From contig JAYUVP010000224.1 in NCBI GenBank assembly GCA_043753995.1, forward strand, positions 185 to 64,184: a stretch of DNA of 64,000 bases, in the 5' to 3' direction. Of this stretch, positions 18,596 to 29,800 are shown piece by piece. Numbering within the stretch: position 1 is the first letter of the stretch; each line of letters starts with the position of its first letter. The notes beneath the pieces were generated by a model. It searched no databases. It was not told the origin of the DNA and worked only from the letters and a program-made list of their open reading frames with translations. The position numbers and the translations under genes are program-made. The DNA comes from Fibrobacterota bacterium. GTDB lineage: Bacteria > Fibrobacterota > Fibrobacteria > UBA11236.

Positions 18596-19405
18596 TCAGC
18601 TCAAGGCTTGCAAGTAAGCTTCATACTTCTCGCGAAGCACTTCCTTGTTCTTGTTCTTGCGGATGCGGCGCAGGGCCTGGTCGCGCAATTGACGGACGCG
18701 CTCATGCGAGATATTCAGCGTTTCGCCGACTTCGCGCAAGGTTTGCGGAGCTTCGTGATTGATACCGAACAAGCCTTTGATGACTTGGGCTTCACGCTCG
18801 GGCAATTCGCTGAGCAAATCCTTGGCGAGATGCTCGACGGCTTGAATTTCGGCTTCCGATTCCGGATTCACGGCGCGTTCATCGGGCAAGACCTCTTGAT
18901 AAGTGGTCTTGGTATCGGTTTTCAGCGGAGCGTCGAAGCTGATACCAGCTTCGCCGAGCTGAATGAGCTCGCGAATGTCGTCGGAAAGCTCCTTGCCCTT
19001 GCTCTTTTCCTTGAGGGCCTTGCGCACGCGGAGATGCTGATTGGCCGGCAGGCGGATGAGCGAGCCTTGTTCGTTGATGGCGCGGGTGATATAAGCCTTG
19101 ATCCACCACACGGCATAAGAAATGAATTTCAGGCCGCGGCTATGATCGAAGCTTTCGATGGCGCGAATCAGGCCCATGGCGCCCTCGCTAACGAGGTCGG
19201 GCAAAGGAATGGGGCAGCCGCGATATTGCAGGGCCACCTTGAGCACGAAGCGCATATTGGCCGAGACTAGCTTTTCGCGGGCGGCGCGACTGCCTTCTCG
19301 GCACATTTGGAAGAGCATGTGCTCGTCCTTGCGATCGATGGGGCTCGTCTTGCGGATATCTTCCAGATAGCGCTTGAGGGTCTCGTCGTTCGTATCGAAG
19401 GTCAT
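18596..19405 (-). CDS. fliA: Sigma-70 family (group 3) RNA polymerase sigma factor, FliA/sigma-28-like
   Basis: Region 2 (RFVLKVALQYRG...LVSEGAMGLIRAIESFD, FISYAVWWIKAYI), region 3 and region 4 (ETLNISHERVRQLRDQALRRIR) are present. Start set to MTFDTNDE (19405), which has an AGGAA RBS. Arranged divergently from fliD. Confidence 0.55.
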   Translation of the reverse strand: MTFDTNDETLKRYLEDIRKTSPIDRKDEHMLFQMCREGSRAAREKLVSANMRFVLKVALQYRGCPIPLPDLVSEGAMGLIRAIESFDHSRGLKFISYAVWWIKAYITRAINEQGSLIRLPANQHLRVRKALKEKSKGKELSDDIRELIQLGEAGISFDAPLKTDTKTTYQEVLPDERAVNPESEAEIQAVEHLAKDLLSELPEREAQVIKGLFGINHEAPQTLREVGETLNISHERVRQLRDQALRRIRKNKNKEVLREKYEAYLQALS

Positions 19406-19768
19406 CGCGTTTCCTTGTGAAGGTGTTGACCGTTTCCTAGCAAGAGGTATTCCATCTTGCAAGGGTTAGATTTCGAAGAAATTACCATAGGTAGGAGACG
19501 AAGTCCAGTAGAATTAAGGCCACTTTTGTGACGTATTTCTTGATTTCGTTCGTTTTGGTGACACATGGTTGAATTTCTTGAGGGATAAAGGGACTATCCG
19601 ACAACTTTGTGGGGTAAGTCGGGCCTAGGGTTCGCCTATTATCGAGAACAAGTCACTTTTAGTGACTATTTGTATCAAATACCTCAAATTTATTGCAAAC
19701 TGATTTCCATCTCATTATAGGCGATTTTCGTCTCCAGGGAAATTTGACAAAGGAATGCGGTAGATCGC

Positions 19769-19796
19769 TAAAGCTGGCTATACCCATGACCGATAA
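19769..19796 (+). promoter_or_regulatory. Candidate sigma-28 (FliA) promoter upstream of fliD
   Basis: TAAAG-N16-ACCGATAA (consensus TAAA-N15-GCCGATAA). An AAGGAG RBS at 19799-19804 is followed by the ATG at 19829. Confidence 0.4.
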
Positions 19797-19828
19797 CAAA
19801 GGAGACGAATCACGGACAACCTAAGACT

Positions 19829-21940
19829 ATGGCCGATAATATTTCAGTTGGAGGTTTGGCTTCGGGCCTGGACACCAACGGCATTATTGACAGTCTCGTC
19901 AAAGTGGAACAGCAGCGCGTTTCGCGCGAAGAGATTATCAAGAGCAATTATCAGGTTACGCTCGACAAGTTCACTGAACTCAAAACGAAATTACAGGAAT
20001 TGTCGAGTGCGGCCTCGGGTCTGGACAATATCAAGTCCCTGAATCTTTTCGCCACCACCAGTTCGGACGATTCCATTGTCACCGTCACCGGCGATTCGGA
20101 AGCGACCGAAGGCAATTATGACGTAAAGGTCGGTAGTTTAGCGACGTCGCTGAAGGTGGCGAGCGACTCTTTCGCGTCTTACGCGACAGCCATGGGAGCA
20201 AGCGGAACCTTTTCCTTGTCGGCCTCGAGCGCATCCCTAGAATCGGATCCTTTGAATACCGACGTCACCATTTCGGTGGCGACCACCGACTCGCTCAAGG
20301 ACGTGGTCAATAAAATCAATCGCGCCAAGGGTGCGGGAGCCTCGGCCAGCATTTTTCAGGCGGGACCGGGCGATTATCGCCTCATGCTGACCGCGGTGGA
20401 CGAAGGCACAGGCGCCTTCACCATGGAAAACACCACGGGCGATCCCCTGGGAGCAGGCTTAGGCTTGGTCAATGATGTACGGGCCATTCGCACCGACTTT
20501 GACTTTCGCTTGGCAGCCGGGGGTGCGGCAGCAACCACCACCTTGCTGGCAGGCACGGCCCTTTTCAATGGTATCGGCGCCAACAAAGCCGTCACCGCGG
20601 GTGACGTGATCAGCTGGACGGGAACCGATGCCGCCGGCGCAGACTCCTCGGGAAATCTTGCCATTGGCGGGGCCTCGACCATGCAGGATTTGCTGACCTC
20701 GGTTCAAAATGCCTATGGCGGCGCGGCCAATGTCGCGGTGACCTTGAACACTTCGGGTGAAATCGAAATCAGGGACTTAACCGGCGGGGCCTCGGATTTC
20801 ACCTTGGCCATGTCCTTCACCGATACCGACGCCTCGGGATCCAATTTGAATCTGGGTAATGGCAAGGTGAAAACCGATTTCACCAATGTGGTTTCGAACG
20901 GTAAAAAAGCCTTTTATCTGCTCAATGACCTAGCCATGTCGTCGCAGGGCAATAAGGATACGGAAACCGTGGTAGGCACCACCTTCCATTTGAAGAAGGC
21001 CGACCCAACCGAATCCGTCAAACTCACGCTTTCTCTCGACAAAGATGCCGTCATCAAAAAGGTGCAGGGCTTTCTCGATAGCTATAACGGCGTCATCAAA
21101 TTCATCAATGACAATAGCAAGGTCGAGGTCAAGCAAAATTCGAATAAGTCGGGATCGCTCATCGACCAGCTTTCCGGCAAATCCAGCAATGGCGATGAAC
21201 AGACGATCACCAAGGGCCCATTCGCCAACAATAGCAGCTTTCGCGCCTTACGTGACCAACTTACCAGTATGGTCACGGGACGCATTGGCGAGCTGAGCGA
21301 ACAGGGCTTGTCTCGCTATAGCTCGCTGGCAGCTCTCGGTATCATCTCCGAAAAAAATACTGGCCTGCTTACCATAGACGAGGATGATTTCAAGGAAGCC
21401 GTGGATTCGGATTTTGATGGGATTAAGCGGCTTTTCCTCACGGGTGCCTATAGCGATGTTCCCGAATTGCAATACGGTACCTCGACTAAGGACACCAAAA
21501 CCGGTGTTTACGCGGTCAATACCATTGCCAATACCATAGACAGAAACAAGTCGGCGTCGATATCGCAGTTGGTGTCGGGAACTCTTTCGGGTGACGGCGA
21601 CATCTTGAATAGCAATACTGGCGATAGCAAGGGCTTGGCGATCGAATTCGATGCCCCCGTCACCGGCAATGTCACCTTTGTTCGCGGCATCGCCGGTCAG
21701 GTCAAGACCTGGTTCGCGAGCATCAACAATTTCGTCGACGGCAACCTTACTCAAATGGGTAAGCAGCTCAAGAAGCACCTCGTCGACCAGGACATCCGAA
21801 TCGACGAGAAACAAAAGCGTGTCGATAGTTATAAAGCTCGGCTGACGGCGCAATTCTCCCAATTGGAGATCAGCATCGCGAGATTGCAATCGCAGCAAAG
21901 CGCTTTCAATAGCCAAGCCGGTGGATTTTTTAGGAGATGA
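19829..21940 (+). CDS. fliD: Flagellar filament cap protein FliD (hook-associated protein 2)
   Basis: N-terminus ISVGGLASGLDTNGIIDSLVKVEQQRV and C-terminus LTAQFSQLEISIARLQSQQSAFNSQ are the conserved FliD terminal helices. The Ser/Thr/Gly-rich central region is long (703 aa). Confidence 0.85.
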   Translation: MADNISVGGLASGLDTNGIIDSLVKVEQQRVSREEIIKSNYQVTLDKFTELKTKLQELSSAASGLDNIKSLNLFATTSSDDSIVTVTGDSEATEGNYDVKVGSLATSLKVASDSFASYATAMGASGTFSLSASSASLESDPLNTDVTISVATTDSLKDVVNKINRAKGAGASASIFQAGPGDYRLMLTAVDEGTGAFTMENTTGDPLGAGLGLVNDVRAIRTDFDFRLAAGGAAATTTLLAGTALFNGIGANKAVTAGDVISWTGTDAAGADSSGNLAIGGASTMQDLLTSVQNAYGGAANVAVTLNTSGEIEIRDLTGGASDFTLAMSFTDTDASGSNLNLGNGKVKTDFTNVVSNGKKAFYLLNDLAMSSQGNKDTETVVGTTFHLKKADPTESVKLTLSLDKDAVIKKVQGFLDSYNGVIKFINDNSKVEVKQNSNKSGSLIDQLSGKSSNGDEQTITKGPFANNSSFRALRDQLTSMVTGRIGELSEQGLSRYSSLAALGIISEKNTGLLTIDEDDFKEAVDSDFDGIKRLFLTGAYSDVPELQYGTSTKDTKTGVYAVNTIANTIDRNKSASISQLVSGTLSGDGDILNSNTGDSKGLAIEFDAPVTGNVTFVRGIAGQVKTWFASINNFVDGNLTQMGKQLKKHLVDQDIRIDEKQKRVDSYKARLTAQFSQLEISIARLQSQQSAFNSQAGGFFRR

Positions 21941-22371
21941 ACATGGCGCAACCGTATCAGACCTATCGTCAAGCTGACGTGAGCACCGCCGACCAGGGCA
22001 AGCTCATTTTGATGGTCTACGATCACTGCATCAAGTGGATTCGCAAGGCCGAGGAGGAGTTGTCAGGAGGCAAAATGGAGCGCATGGCGCGCGCCGTGCA
22101 GCGGGCCCAAGGTGGCCTCACCGAGCTGATGTGCACCTTGAACATGGAAAGGGGTGGAGACATCGCCCGCAATCTTTTTCGTCTTTACGATTTCTATTCA
22201 CGCCACCTAACCAATGCCATTCGCGATAAATCTCCGCGACATTTGCGTGAAGTCGCCCACATGATGGGGCGCTTGCGCGAAGCATGGGTGGTGGCCATCG
22301 AAAACGTGCGCCGCGATCATCAAGGCCTGCTTGCCAATACCGTGGCCAATCAATTGAGCTTGGTGCGCTAA
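21937..22371 (+). CDS. fliS: Flagellar export chaperone FliS
   Basis: 144 aa with YQTYRQADVSTADQGKLILMVYDHCIKWIRKA...NLFRLYDFYSRHL. ATGA overlap with the fliD stop. Confidence 0.85.
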   Translation: MNMAQPYQTYRQADVSTADQGKLILMVYDHCIKWIRKAEEELSGGKMERMARAVQRAQGGLTELMCTLNMERGGDIARNLFRLYDFYSRHLTNAIRDKSPRHLREVAHMMGRLREAWVVAIENVRRDHQGLLANTVANQLSLVR

Positions 22372-22381
22372 GGAAAAAAAC

Positions 22382-22789
22382 ATGCATCCCGCCACAATTT
22401 CCGTCGGTCGTCAACTCGACATGCTCTTCTGCTTGTACCAAATAGCCCTCGACCTATGCTGCGGCATAGACGTGGACGACACCGAGCTTTTGCAAAGGCG
22501 CATCACTGAGCGGCAACGCCTGGTTCGCAAAACCGAAGTCATCGTGGAGGAAACCCAGGTCGCCCTGCGCGCCTTTGAAGCCCTTCCCGGTTTGCCCAGC
22601 AATGAGCAAGCGTTGATTTCGGAAAAGCGCCAATTGATTTTGGATTTATTGACTCGAAATACGGAAGCGGAACATGCTCTGCTGAAGTCTATGCATGCCC
22701 GGATGGTTGGCGTGCGAAAAGACTTGGTGGGCTTTGACGGTCGGCAACGGGCCATTCAAGCCTATGGCCGCGCTCCCGCTTTGGCCTAA
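22382..22789 (+). CDS. Hypothetical protein downstream of fliS (possible FliT-like flagellar chaperone)
   Basis: 135-aa predicted all-helical protein, 10 bp after fliS. Function is inferred from position only. Confidence 0.3.
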   Translation: MHPATISVGRQLDMLFCLYQIALDLCCGIDVDDTELLQRRITERQRLVRKTEVIVEETQVALRAFEALPGLPSNEQALISEKRQLILDLLTRNTEAEHALLKSMHARMVGVRKDLVGFDGRQRAIQAYGRAPALA

Positions 22790-22830
22790 TTCGCTCTTAG
22801 GCGATGAGCTCGCCTAAGGCATCGAAGCCC

Positions 22831-23766
22831 TTATTTCAGCCGCACGGGCCCTAAGTTTTTCAACAATTCCGCGAAGCCTAGTACGCCAATGACTTCGGCG
22901 CGGGCGTCAGGGCCGACGCCGATGGCGTCCAAGACGCTCACGACTTTGTCCTTCGCATAGAAGGGCTCAAGCACATTGGCCAGTTTTTTCCGCTTTTGGG
23001 AAAAGCACAATTCCACAAAGCGGGGAAAAGCCGGATCGGCGCAAAGCGGCTCGGGACGGGCGGTGAGGCGCAAGGTGGCGGACCAAACCTTGGGCCGGGG
23101 TCTAAAAGCGTCGGGCTCGATTTTACGCAGTAAGACGGCCTCGGCATAATTTTGCACGGCTACGGTCATGCTGCCGAAATCGCGGCCTCCGGGCTCGGCG
23201 CAAATGCGCTTGGCCACTTCGTATTGCACCATGAATTGCGCTTGGGCTAGGCGCGGCAAAAAGGGCAAGAAGTGGAATAAAATCGGGGCGGCGCGATTAT
23301 AGGGCAAATTGCCTACGAGAATAGGCTTGCGTGGCAACCCGGCTTGCACCTCTTCTTCGCTGGCGAAGGGAGCATGCTCGGTGAGAAGAGCCTCGACATC
23401 AATGCGCGTGGCATCGGCCTGCACCACGTCAAGAAGACCCCAGTCCTTGCTACGCAGCTTCTCGACCCAACCGGGGTCGATTTCGATGGCAGTCAATTTG
23501 CGCACTTGCGGGGCTAAAATGCGGGTCAAGGCGCCCTGACCGGGACCGATTTCGATGACCCAGTCCCCGGAGGTGACGCCCACATCCTCGCAAAGCATGC
23601 GCACAATGCCGGGATCGACTAAAAAGTTTTGCCCGAATTTCCACCGGGTGCGGCGGTCATCCTCTTCGTTGGCGGGCCGATGCCGGGGCATTCCGGGTGG
23701 GAATTGTTTCATGGGGAAGGGGAAAGGTACTTCCCTCATTTTCGTATAATAGCCCCCACCTTCCAT
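22831..23766 (-). CDS. rsmA: 16S rRNA (adenine1518/1519-N6)-dimethyltransferase
   Basis: FGQNFLVDPGIVRMLCEDVG...VIEIGPGQGALT SAM-binding motif characteristic of KsgA/RsmA. The true start is probably an internal Met (MKQFPP). Confidence 0.8.
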   Translation of the reverse strand: MEGGGYYTKMREVPFPFPMKQFPPGMPRHRPANEEDDRRTRWKFGQNFLVDPGIVRMLCEDVGVTSGDWVIEIGPGQGALTRILAPQVRKLTAIEIDPGWVEKLRSKDWGLLDVVQADATRIDVEALLTEHAPFASEEEVQAGLPRKPILVGNLPYNRAAPILFHFLPFLPRLAQAQFMVQYEVAKRICAEPGGRDFGSMTVAVQNYAEAVLLRKIEPDAFRPRPKVWSATLRLTARPEPLCADPAFPRFVELCFSQKRKKLANVLEPFYAKDKVVSVLDAIGVGPDARAEVIGVLGFAELLKNLGPVRLK

Positions 23767-23877
23767 GATTGGGAAATGCGTTCCTCCCCGCTGGCGCCTT
23801 TGGGCGTTTGATGTCCGTTGCTGCGGTCAGTCTATGGGGCATTCTCCAAAAACTGGCAGTGAGGGCTTGGTATTCTC

Positions 23878-26800
23878 ATGAATTTTGCGGCGCGATGGGG
23901 TTGGATGATTTTGGCAAGTGCCGCTTATGCCGGCATTTACCAGGAATCGACCCCCTATTTTAAGGTTCCTGAGGCGGCGCGCCCGCTCGACGGGCTTTTG
24001 CCTCCCAAGGGACTTGAGGGGCGCGCGGCCGTCCTGCAAGTCAATAGCCAGTACTTGAAAAGGGATCATCGCGTCAATTTCGATACGCGTCAGGTTGAAA
24101 TCATCAGCTATGTCCAGGTGCCCACGCCCAGCCGCGCAGGTGGCAGCGCAGCCGGTAAAGCCGGCGGAGCATCGCCCGTGGGCGGAGATTCTTTGCCGCG
24201 CTGGTCGGCCTATTATACCGAAGTGGATGCCTATTCCCAGGACATGCAATCCCTGGCTTTGCGTCGAGGCTGGCTGAATAGTCTGATTGGCCGCGATGAG
24301 GGCGTCGAAAGCGCCAGTTCGAGCACCTTCATTTTCGACCTGCCTTTTCGAGTTCCTGATTGGATGAAGCGGGTGGGCGTAGACAAGCCCAAGCTCACCA
24401 TCAATGGCTCTTACAAATTGGTGGTGGAGGGGAGCCGCCAAAGTGGCAATGGCGCGCCTTATTCCAGCGACAGTTGGTTTCCGCAATTGCATATGGATCA
24501 ACAGCCGCAATTTTCGGTCACGGGTTCTATTGGCCGGCTCATTAGCATTCAAATCAATAGCGAAGAAGGTTTCAGCACCAATCTCAAAGAGCAATTAAAG
24601 ATCAGCTATAAGGGCGAGGGCGACGAGCTTGAAGACGACATCATCCAAGAAATCGAAGCCGGCAATACCTCTTTGGCGCTAACTGGCACCCAATTGACGG
24701 GCTATACCGAAAATCACAAAGGCATATTCGGTTTGAAAATGCGCATGCGCTTTGGACCCGTCGAGGCCACGGTCATTGCCTCGCAAGAAGGTGGCGCCCA
24801 GGAAAAGCAAAGCCTGGGTAGCGGCAGGGAAGTGAAGGAATTTCCGGTCGAAGACAAGGCCATGGAATTGCATAAGCATTTCTGGATCAAGCTTCAGGAT
24901 CGGGAGGATTATCGCGATCCGGCCCAATGGGTTGGCACCACTTCCGCCTACTTGAAGGGTGGGCAAGGTCGACGTCCGCTCTATGTTTATCAATTGCTGT
25001 CTGGCAACGACGACGTGAGCATTCGCGATACCGCCGAGGCTTGCGCCCACGATGTAAAAGGAGTGCGCCAAGCGGAGGTTTGCGAATATGGGCGTTGGAA
25101 GCAATTGAAAGAAAACACGGATTATTTCTACGACGAGAATTTACGCATGCTCACCGTGCCTTCGGGTTCGGCCGACATGACTCTGGGCCTTCGCTGGCAA
25201 CGTGATTTCATCGACCCCTCGGGCGTGCTGACGTTGGACAAAAACAAATTGATTTTGATTCATTCGCGCACCAAACGCGATCATCCCCTGCTCGTGGACT
25301 TGATGTGGCGCAATGTTTATTTCATCGGCACGGTCAAAAAAGAAGACCGAGATATTTTCCGGGTACGGGTGGTGGATAATAATGGGAATGAACGTGGCCC
25401 CGAATCCAAGGACACCATTACCTATGCGCGCCAGCTCGGTTTAGAAAAGTCCGATCAAAGGAACAAGATCGATTATGACAATCAATTGCTGTTCAATTTT
25501 GACCAGCATTATATGGTCTTGCCCTGCTTGACCAATGGCATCAGTGGCGGAGATCCGGCCAATTGCCTTGAACCCATGAAGCGCGTCAATAAAGAAACGG
25601 AAATTTATTCCCAGCAGCTCGACGAAATCCCCAATGGCCCGACTACAGCCAAATTTCTGGTCACCAGCCGCGAACGCAAAAGCACTTTCGACGTGCGCGA
25701 GAATAGCCAAACCGTCAATGGCCAGCAATGCTTTGACATCACGCCCGGCACCGAAACCGTGACCATGAATAAGTCCACCAAGCTGGAGAAGGACAAAGAT
25801 TATGAAGTGCTTTATGAGACCGGCCAAATCACTTTGATTTCAGCGCGCGCGCGCGACCCCAGCGCCGAAGTGGAAGTCTCCTATGAGTGTACGCCGGCCT
25901 TTCAGATTCAGGATAAAATTCTCTTAGGGACGCGCCTGGAATGGAAGCTGGATGAAATCTCCGAACAAAGCCTACTTGGCGCCACCTTGCTTTATAAAAG
26001 CCAGAGCACCACGGCCGAGCGCCCCGAAATCGGCCGCGAACCTTTCAAACAATTCCTCTGGGGCTTCAATGCCCGCTTGGCTGGCACTCCCAAATGGATG
26101 ACCAAGGCCGTCAATCAAATTCCGCTGGTGAAAACCGATGCGGTTTCCAAGGCCAATTTCGAATTCGAAATCGCGCAAAGCCGCTATAACCCCAATACCA
26201 AGGGCAGCGCCTATCTCGATAATTTCGAAAACAGCCAATCGTCTTTCAGCCTGCCACTCACGATCAATTCCTGGTCCAAGGCCTCACCCCCGGATCTCGA
26301 CGATGCTGGCCGCCTCAATCCCGACCTCGATTATCGGCATCAAGGGAAATTGGTTTGGCATAGCAGCAGCAAGGAAGTCTATGGCTCGATCTATGGCCGG
26401 ACCGGGCACAGCTTTACCGACAGCCGCAGCCAAACCCTGCTCAGCCTGAAATTCACTCCCAATGACAACCTTGCTGGTCGCAGTTGGGCCGGCGTGATGC
26501 GCGGCTTTTCTTCGGGCTTCAATAACCAAAGCAAAAAGCGCATTCTCGACGTGGTGGTTTTCGGGCAAAAGGGCGCCTTCAATATCGACTTGGGCGAAAT
26601 CTCCGAAGACATTTCCATACCCTCGCTGAACCAAGCGAAACCCAATGGCACTTTGCAGTCGGAAGTGCATGTGGAAAAAGGCGAAACCGCAAACAAAGAC
26701 GATGCTGGCATCGATGAACTCAAGGGGGAAGCCGAGGGGGTTTTATGGGAATGCAAGCCAGAGTGCTTTACCCGTCGACTCGATACCAATAGCAATACTT

Positions 26801-29800
26801 CCAATTTCAATACCGACCCCGGCCTGGATAATTGGAAAGAACCTAAAGGCGGAGCCACGGATTTAACCGCCGCGGTGAATGGCACCGAAAACAATGACGG
26901 CCCCTATGGCGGCCAGAGATTTGATACCGAGGATATCGATCGATCGGGCAGTCTCGAAACCAAGAACCGCTTTATTCGCTTTCATATGGCGCTTGACTCG
27001 GCATGCAGCGAGGAGAATTATTGCGAGCGTTTGCCCGGCAATGGTTGGCGCCGCTACCAGATACCGCTTTATGGCGGCGGTGTGAAAATCGATCCCGGCA
27101 ATACCACTACCGAATCCGGCATTTTGTCCAATGTGCGCGTCATGCGCGTGTGGACTGGCAATTTGCCTCCGCGCGTTAGCCAAAGCGACATACGCATTGC
27201 GCGCTTGTCCCTGGTGGGCAATTCCTGGGAAGGCGGAGATCAGAATTTGGATTATCAAGTGGATGCCGAGCGTTATACCAGCGGTGATCTCGCGGGCATT
27301 AGCGACACCCTTTCGGTTCGCATTCCCACCGAAGAAGCCGACAATAATCGCCTTAAAATCGATGTCATCAACAAGCAAGAAACGCCGAATTATCAGCAAA
27401 GTCCCAATACTCCGAATGAACGCAATACCACTACCGACGAGCCCTTGCCTGAGCGGTCCTTGGTCTTGCGTTATGAAAACCTGCATCCCGGCGAAAGCGT
27501 TTTTGCCACCCGGCTCCTGGGTAGCGATCCCAAGGACTTGACCCTATACGATCGCCTTTTGCTCGACATTCATCCCGACGAACGATTCGCGCAGAATGCG
27601 CCAGGAGGCATTGGCGGCCAGAATCGCATCACCATCGGCTTGAGGCTCGGCCGCGACCTGGGTAATCGCGATTCCAAGGATTATTACGAAATCAAAATGC
27701 ACATGGATTCGACGGCGACTTGGGATCCGCAGCATCGCGACATTTGGATCAAGAACAGCTTTTCCCTGAAGCTGAGCGATATCACGGGGCTGAAAAACGA
27801 CGGGCGATATCGCGCCTTTCAGGGGCGTGCCATAGAGCATGCCTTATATCACGAGGGACGAAAGGACTCCTCACTTACGGTTTCCGTGATCGGCAATCCC
27901 AGCCTCGCCCTCATCAATTGGATGCGCTTCGTGATTTACGTCGATTCGGGGGCTGGCCAGCGACAAACTGGAAATATCTGGGTGAATGATATGCGCCTAG
28001 AAGGTGTGGATCGCAGCACGGGTTCTGCCATGCGCTCACGCGTGCAATTCGATTTCGCCGATTTCATCACCGTGTCGGGTGACATGAATTACACCAATGG
28101 CAACTTCACCTCCATGAGTCAGACCAAAACCACCCCGGCGAATTCGGTTTCCAAGGTCGACTACAATACGGCTTTCTCGCTTTATGCTGGAAAATTCTTT
28201 CCGGACGCTTGGGCTGTTTCCATACCCATTTCATTCACCTTTCGCGGCAGCTTGGATAGGCCTTTCGTCAAACCCAATAGCGATTTACCCCTAGCAGGGA
28301 CGGATTTCCGCGAGATTGCAGGCGATCTTTTCGATGGCCGCTTGGCCTCCGTGCACGATAGGGCCGATAGTACTAGCGATGTCGATCGAGCCTATGCCCG
28401 CGTTTATCAGAGCACGACTTTCGAAGAGACCTTCGGTATAAGCTATAAGAAAGACCATCGTAGCGATTCCTGGATCAATCAAACTCTTTTCGAGCGACCG
28501 GAAATCGAGTATAAGTTTCGCGGCAATAAGCAAATCGCCTATTATGATGAGAATCATGGCCGCAATTATGCGACCCGCCTACGTTATAGCCTGTCTCCCT
28601 ATTCCAACCGGTCTTATAAGCCCCTCGGTTTTGGCGACTCGCTCAAATGGATGCCCAAGGCGGTTTCGGGTTTCGAGGTCACGCCCCTGCCCGATAAGCT
28701 CAGCCTGACCCTCGCCGACGTCAATTTCAACCGCACCTTTGAAGTGCGCAAGCCGCGCACCACCTTCGAGACCTCGCTCAATGACAGCGCGGTGTATAAG
28801 GTCGACTTGGCCCATGGCGTCGATCTCGAGTGGCGCTTGCTACCCAGCCTGAGCTTCGGCTATCGCATGGACATCACGCGCAATTTCGACCGCGAGCGAG
28901 AATGTTTTGACGGAACCTTTTTCAGCGGCGAGGCCTCCCCGACTTGCCCTGAAGGCAGCCTCTTCGCCTCGAATCTCATTTTTGATTGGGATGGTGAAGA
29001 TCGATATCCCGGGCATACCGCTGAAGGTATAGACACCACCCATTTGGGAAATCAATTCTTCATTCTCAACCGCGAACGCAATCGCAACCAGACCTTTCAC
29101 TTGGATTTCAATCCCAATGTCATCTCTTGGCTGACCACGGGCTTCGGCTTCAATTCAGGCTATAAACACACTTGGTATGATCCCGCCACCCAGAACCAGG
29201 GTGTATTCGGCAGCGTGCGACCCTCCCACTTTGAGAGCAGCTCGGATCATAGCGTCAAGCTTTCCAGCGGCTTGAATTTGCCCAATCTCATGACTTCTAT
29301 AGGCGATTTAGGCGGCAAGGGCTTCGCCGACCTCATGGCCGGCGTGAAGCGCAAAATGGACGATTACCGCCTTCGCACCTTTGACGTGACCTATAATGTT
29401 TCACACAAATACAATAATGACGCCTATACCTATCACCACCTGAAAAACTCCTACGACTATGCCGGGCTTTGGTATGCCGATCAATTGGGTTGGCGCTATG
29501 ACTTTTCCAATCTCTCGACCTTATTCGACGGAGAACCCGAGGCTCATCGCTCCGATTGGCTGAGTGCTCCCGATACCTTATTGGGTCAGTCGCAATTCAA
29601 TCATCAAGTCGATCGCAATATTGACGTGGGCACCGGCTTCACCATTCCGGTCGCCAATCTCGATTTATACGGCAATTTGAAATGGACCAAGAGCTATGTG
29701 CTTTATCGCGGTCTGCAGGCTTCGGACACCACGGTCATCTGGCCGGAATACACCGTGACCGCTAGCCTAGGCGATTTTGCCAGTAAGCTGCCCTTTATAC

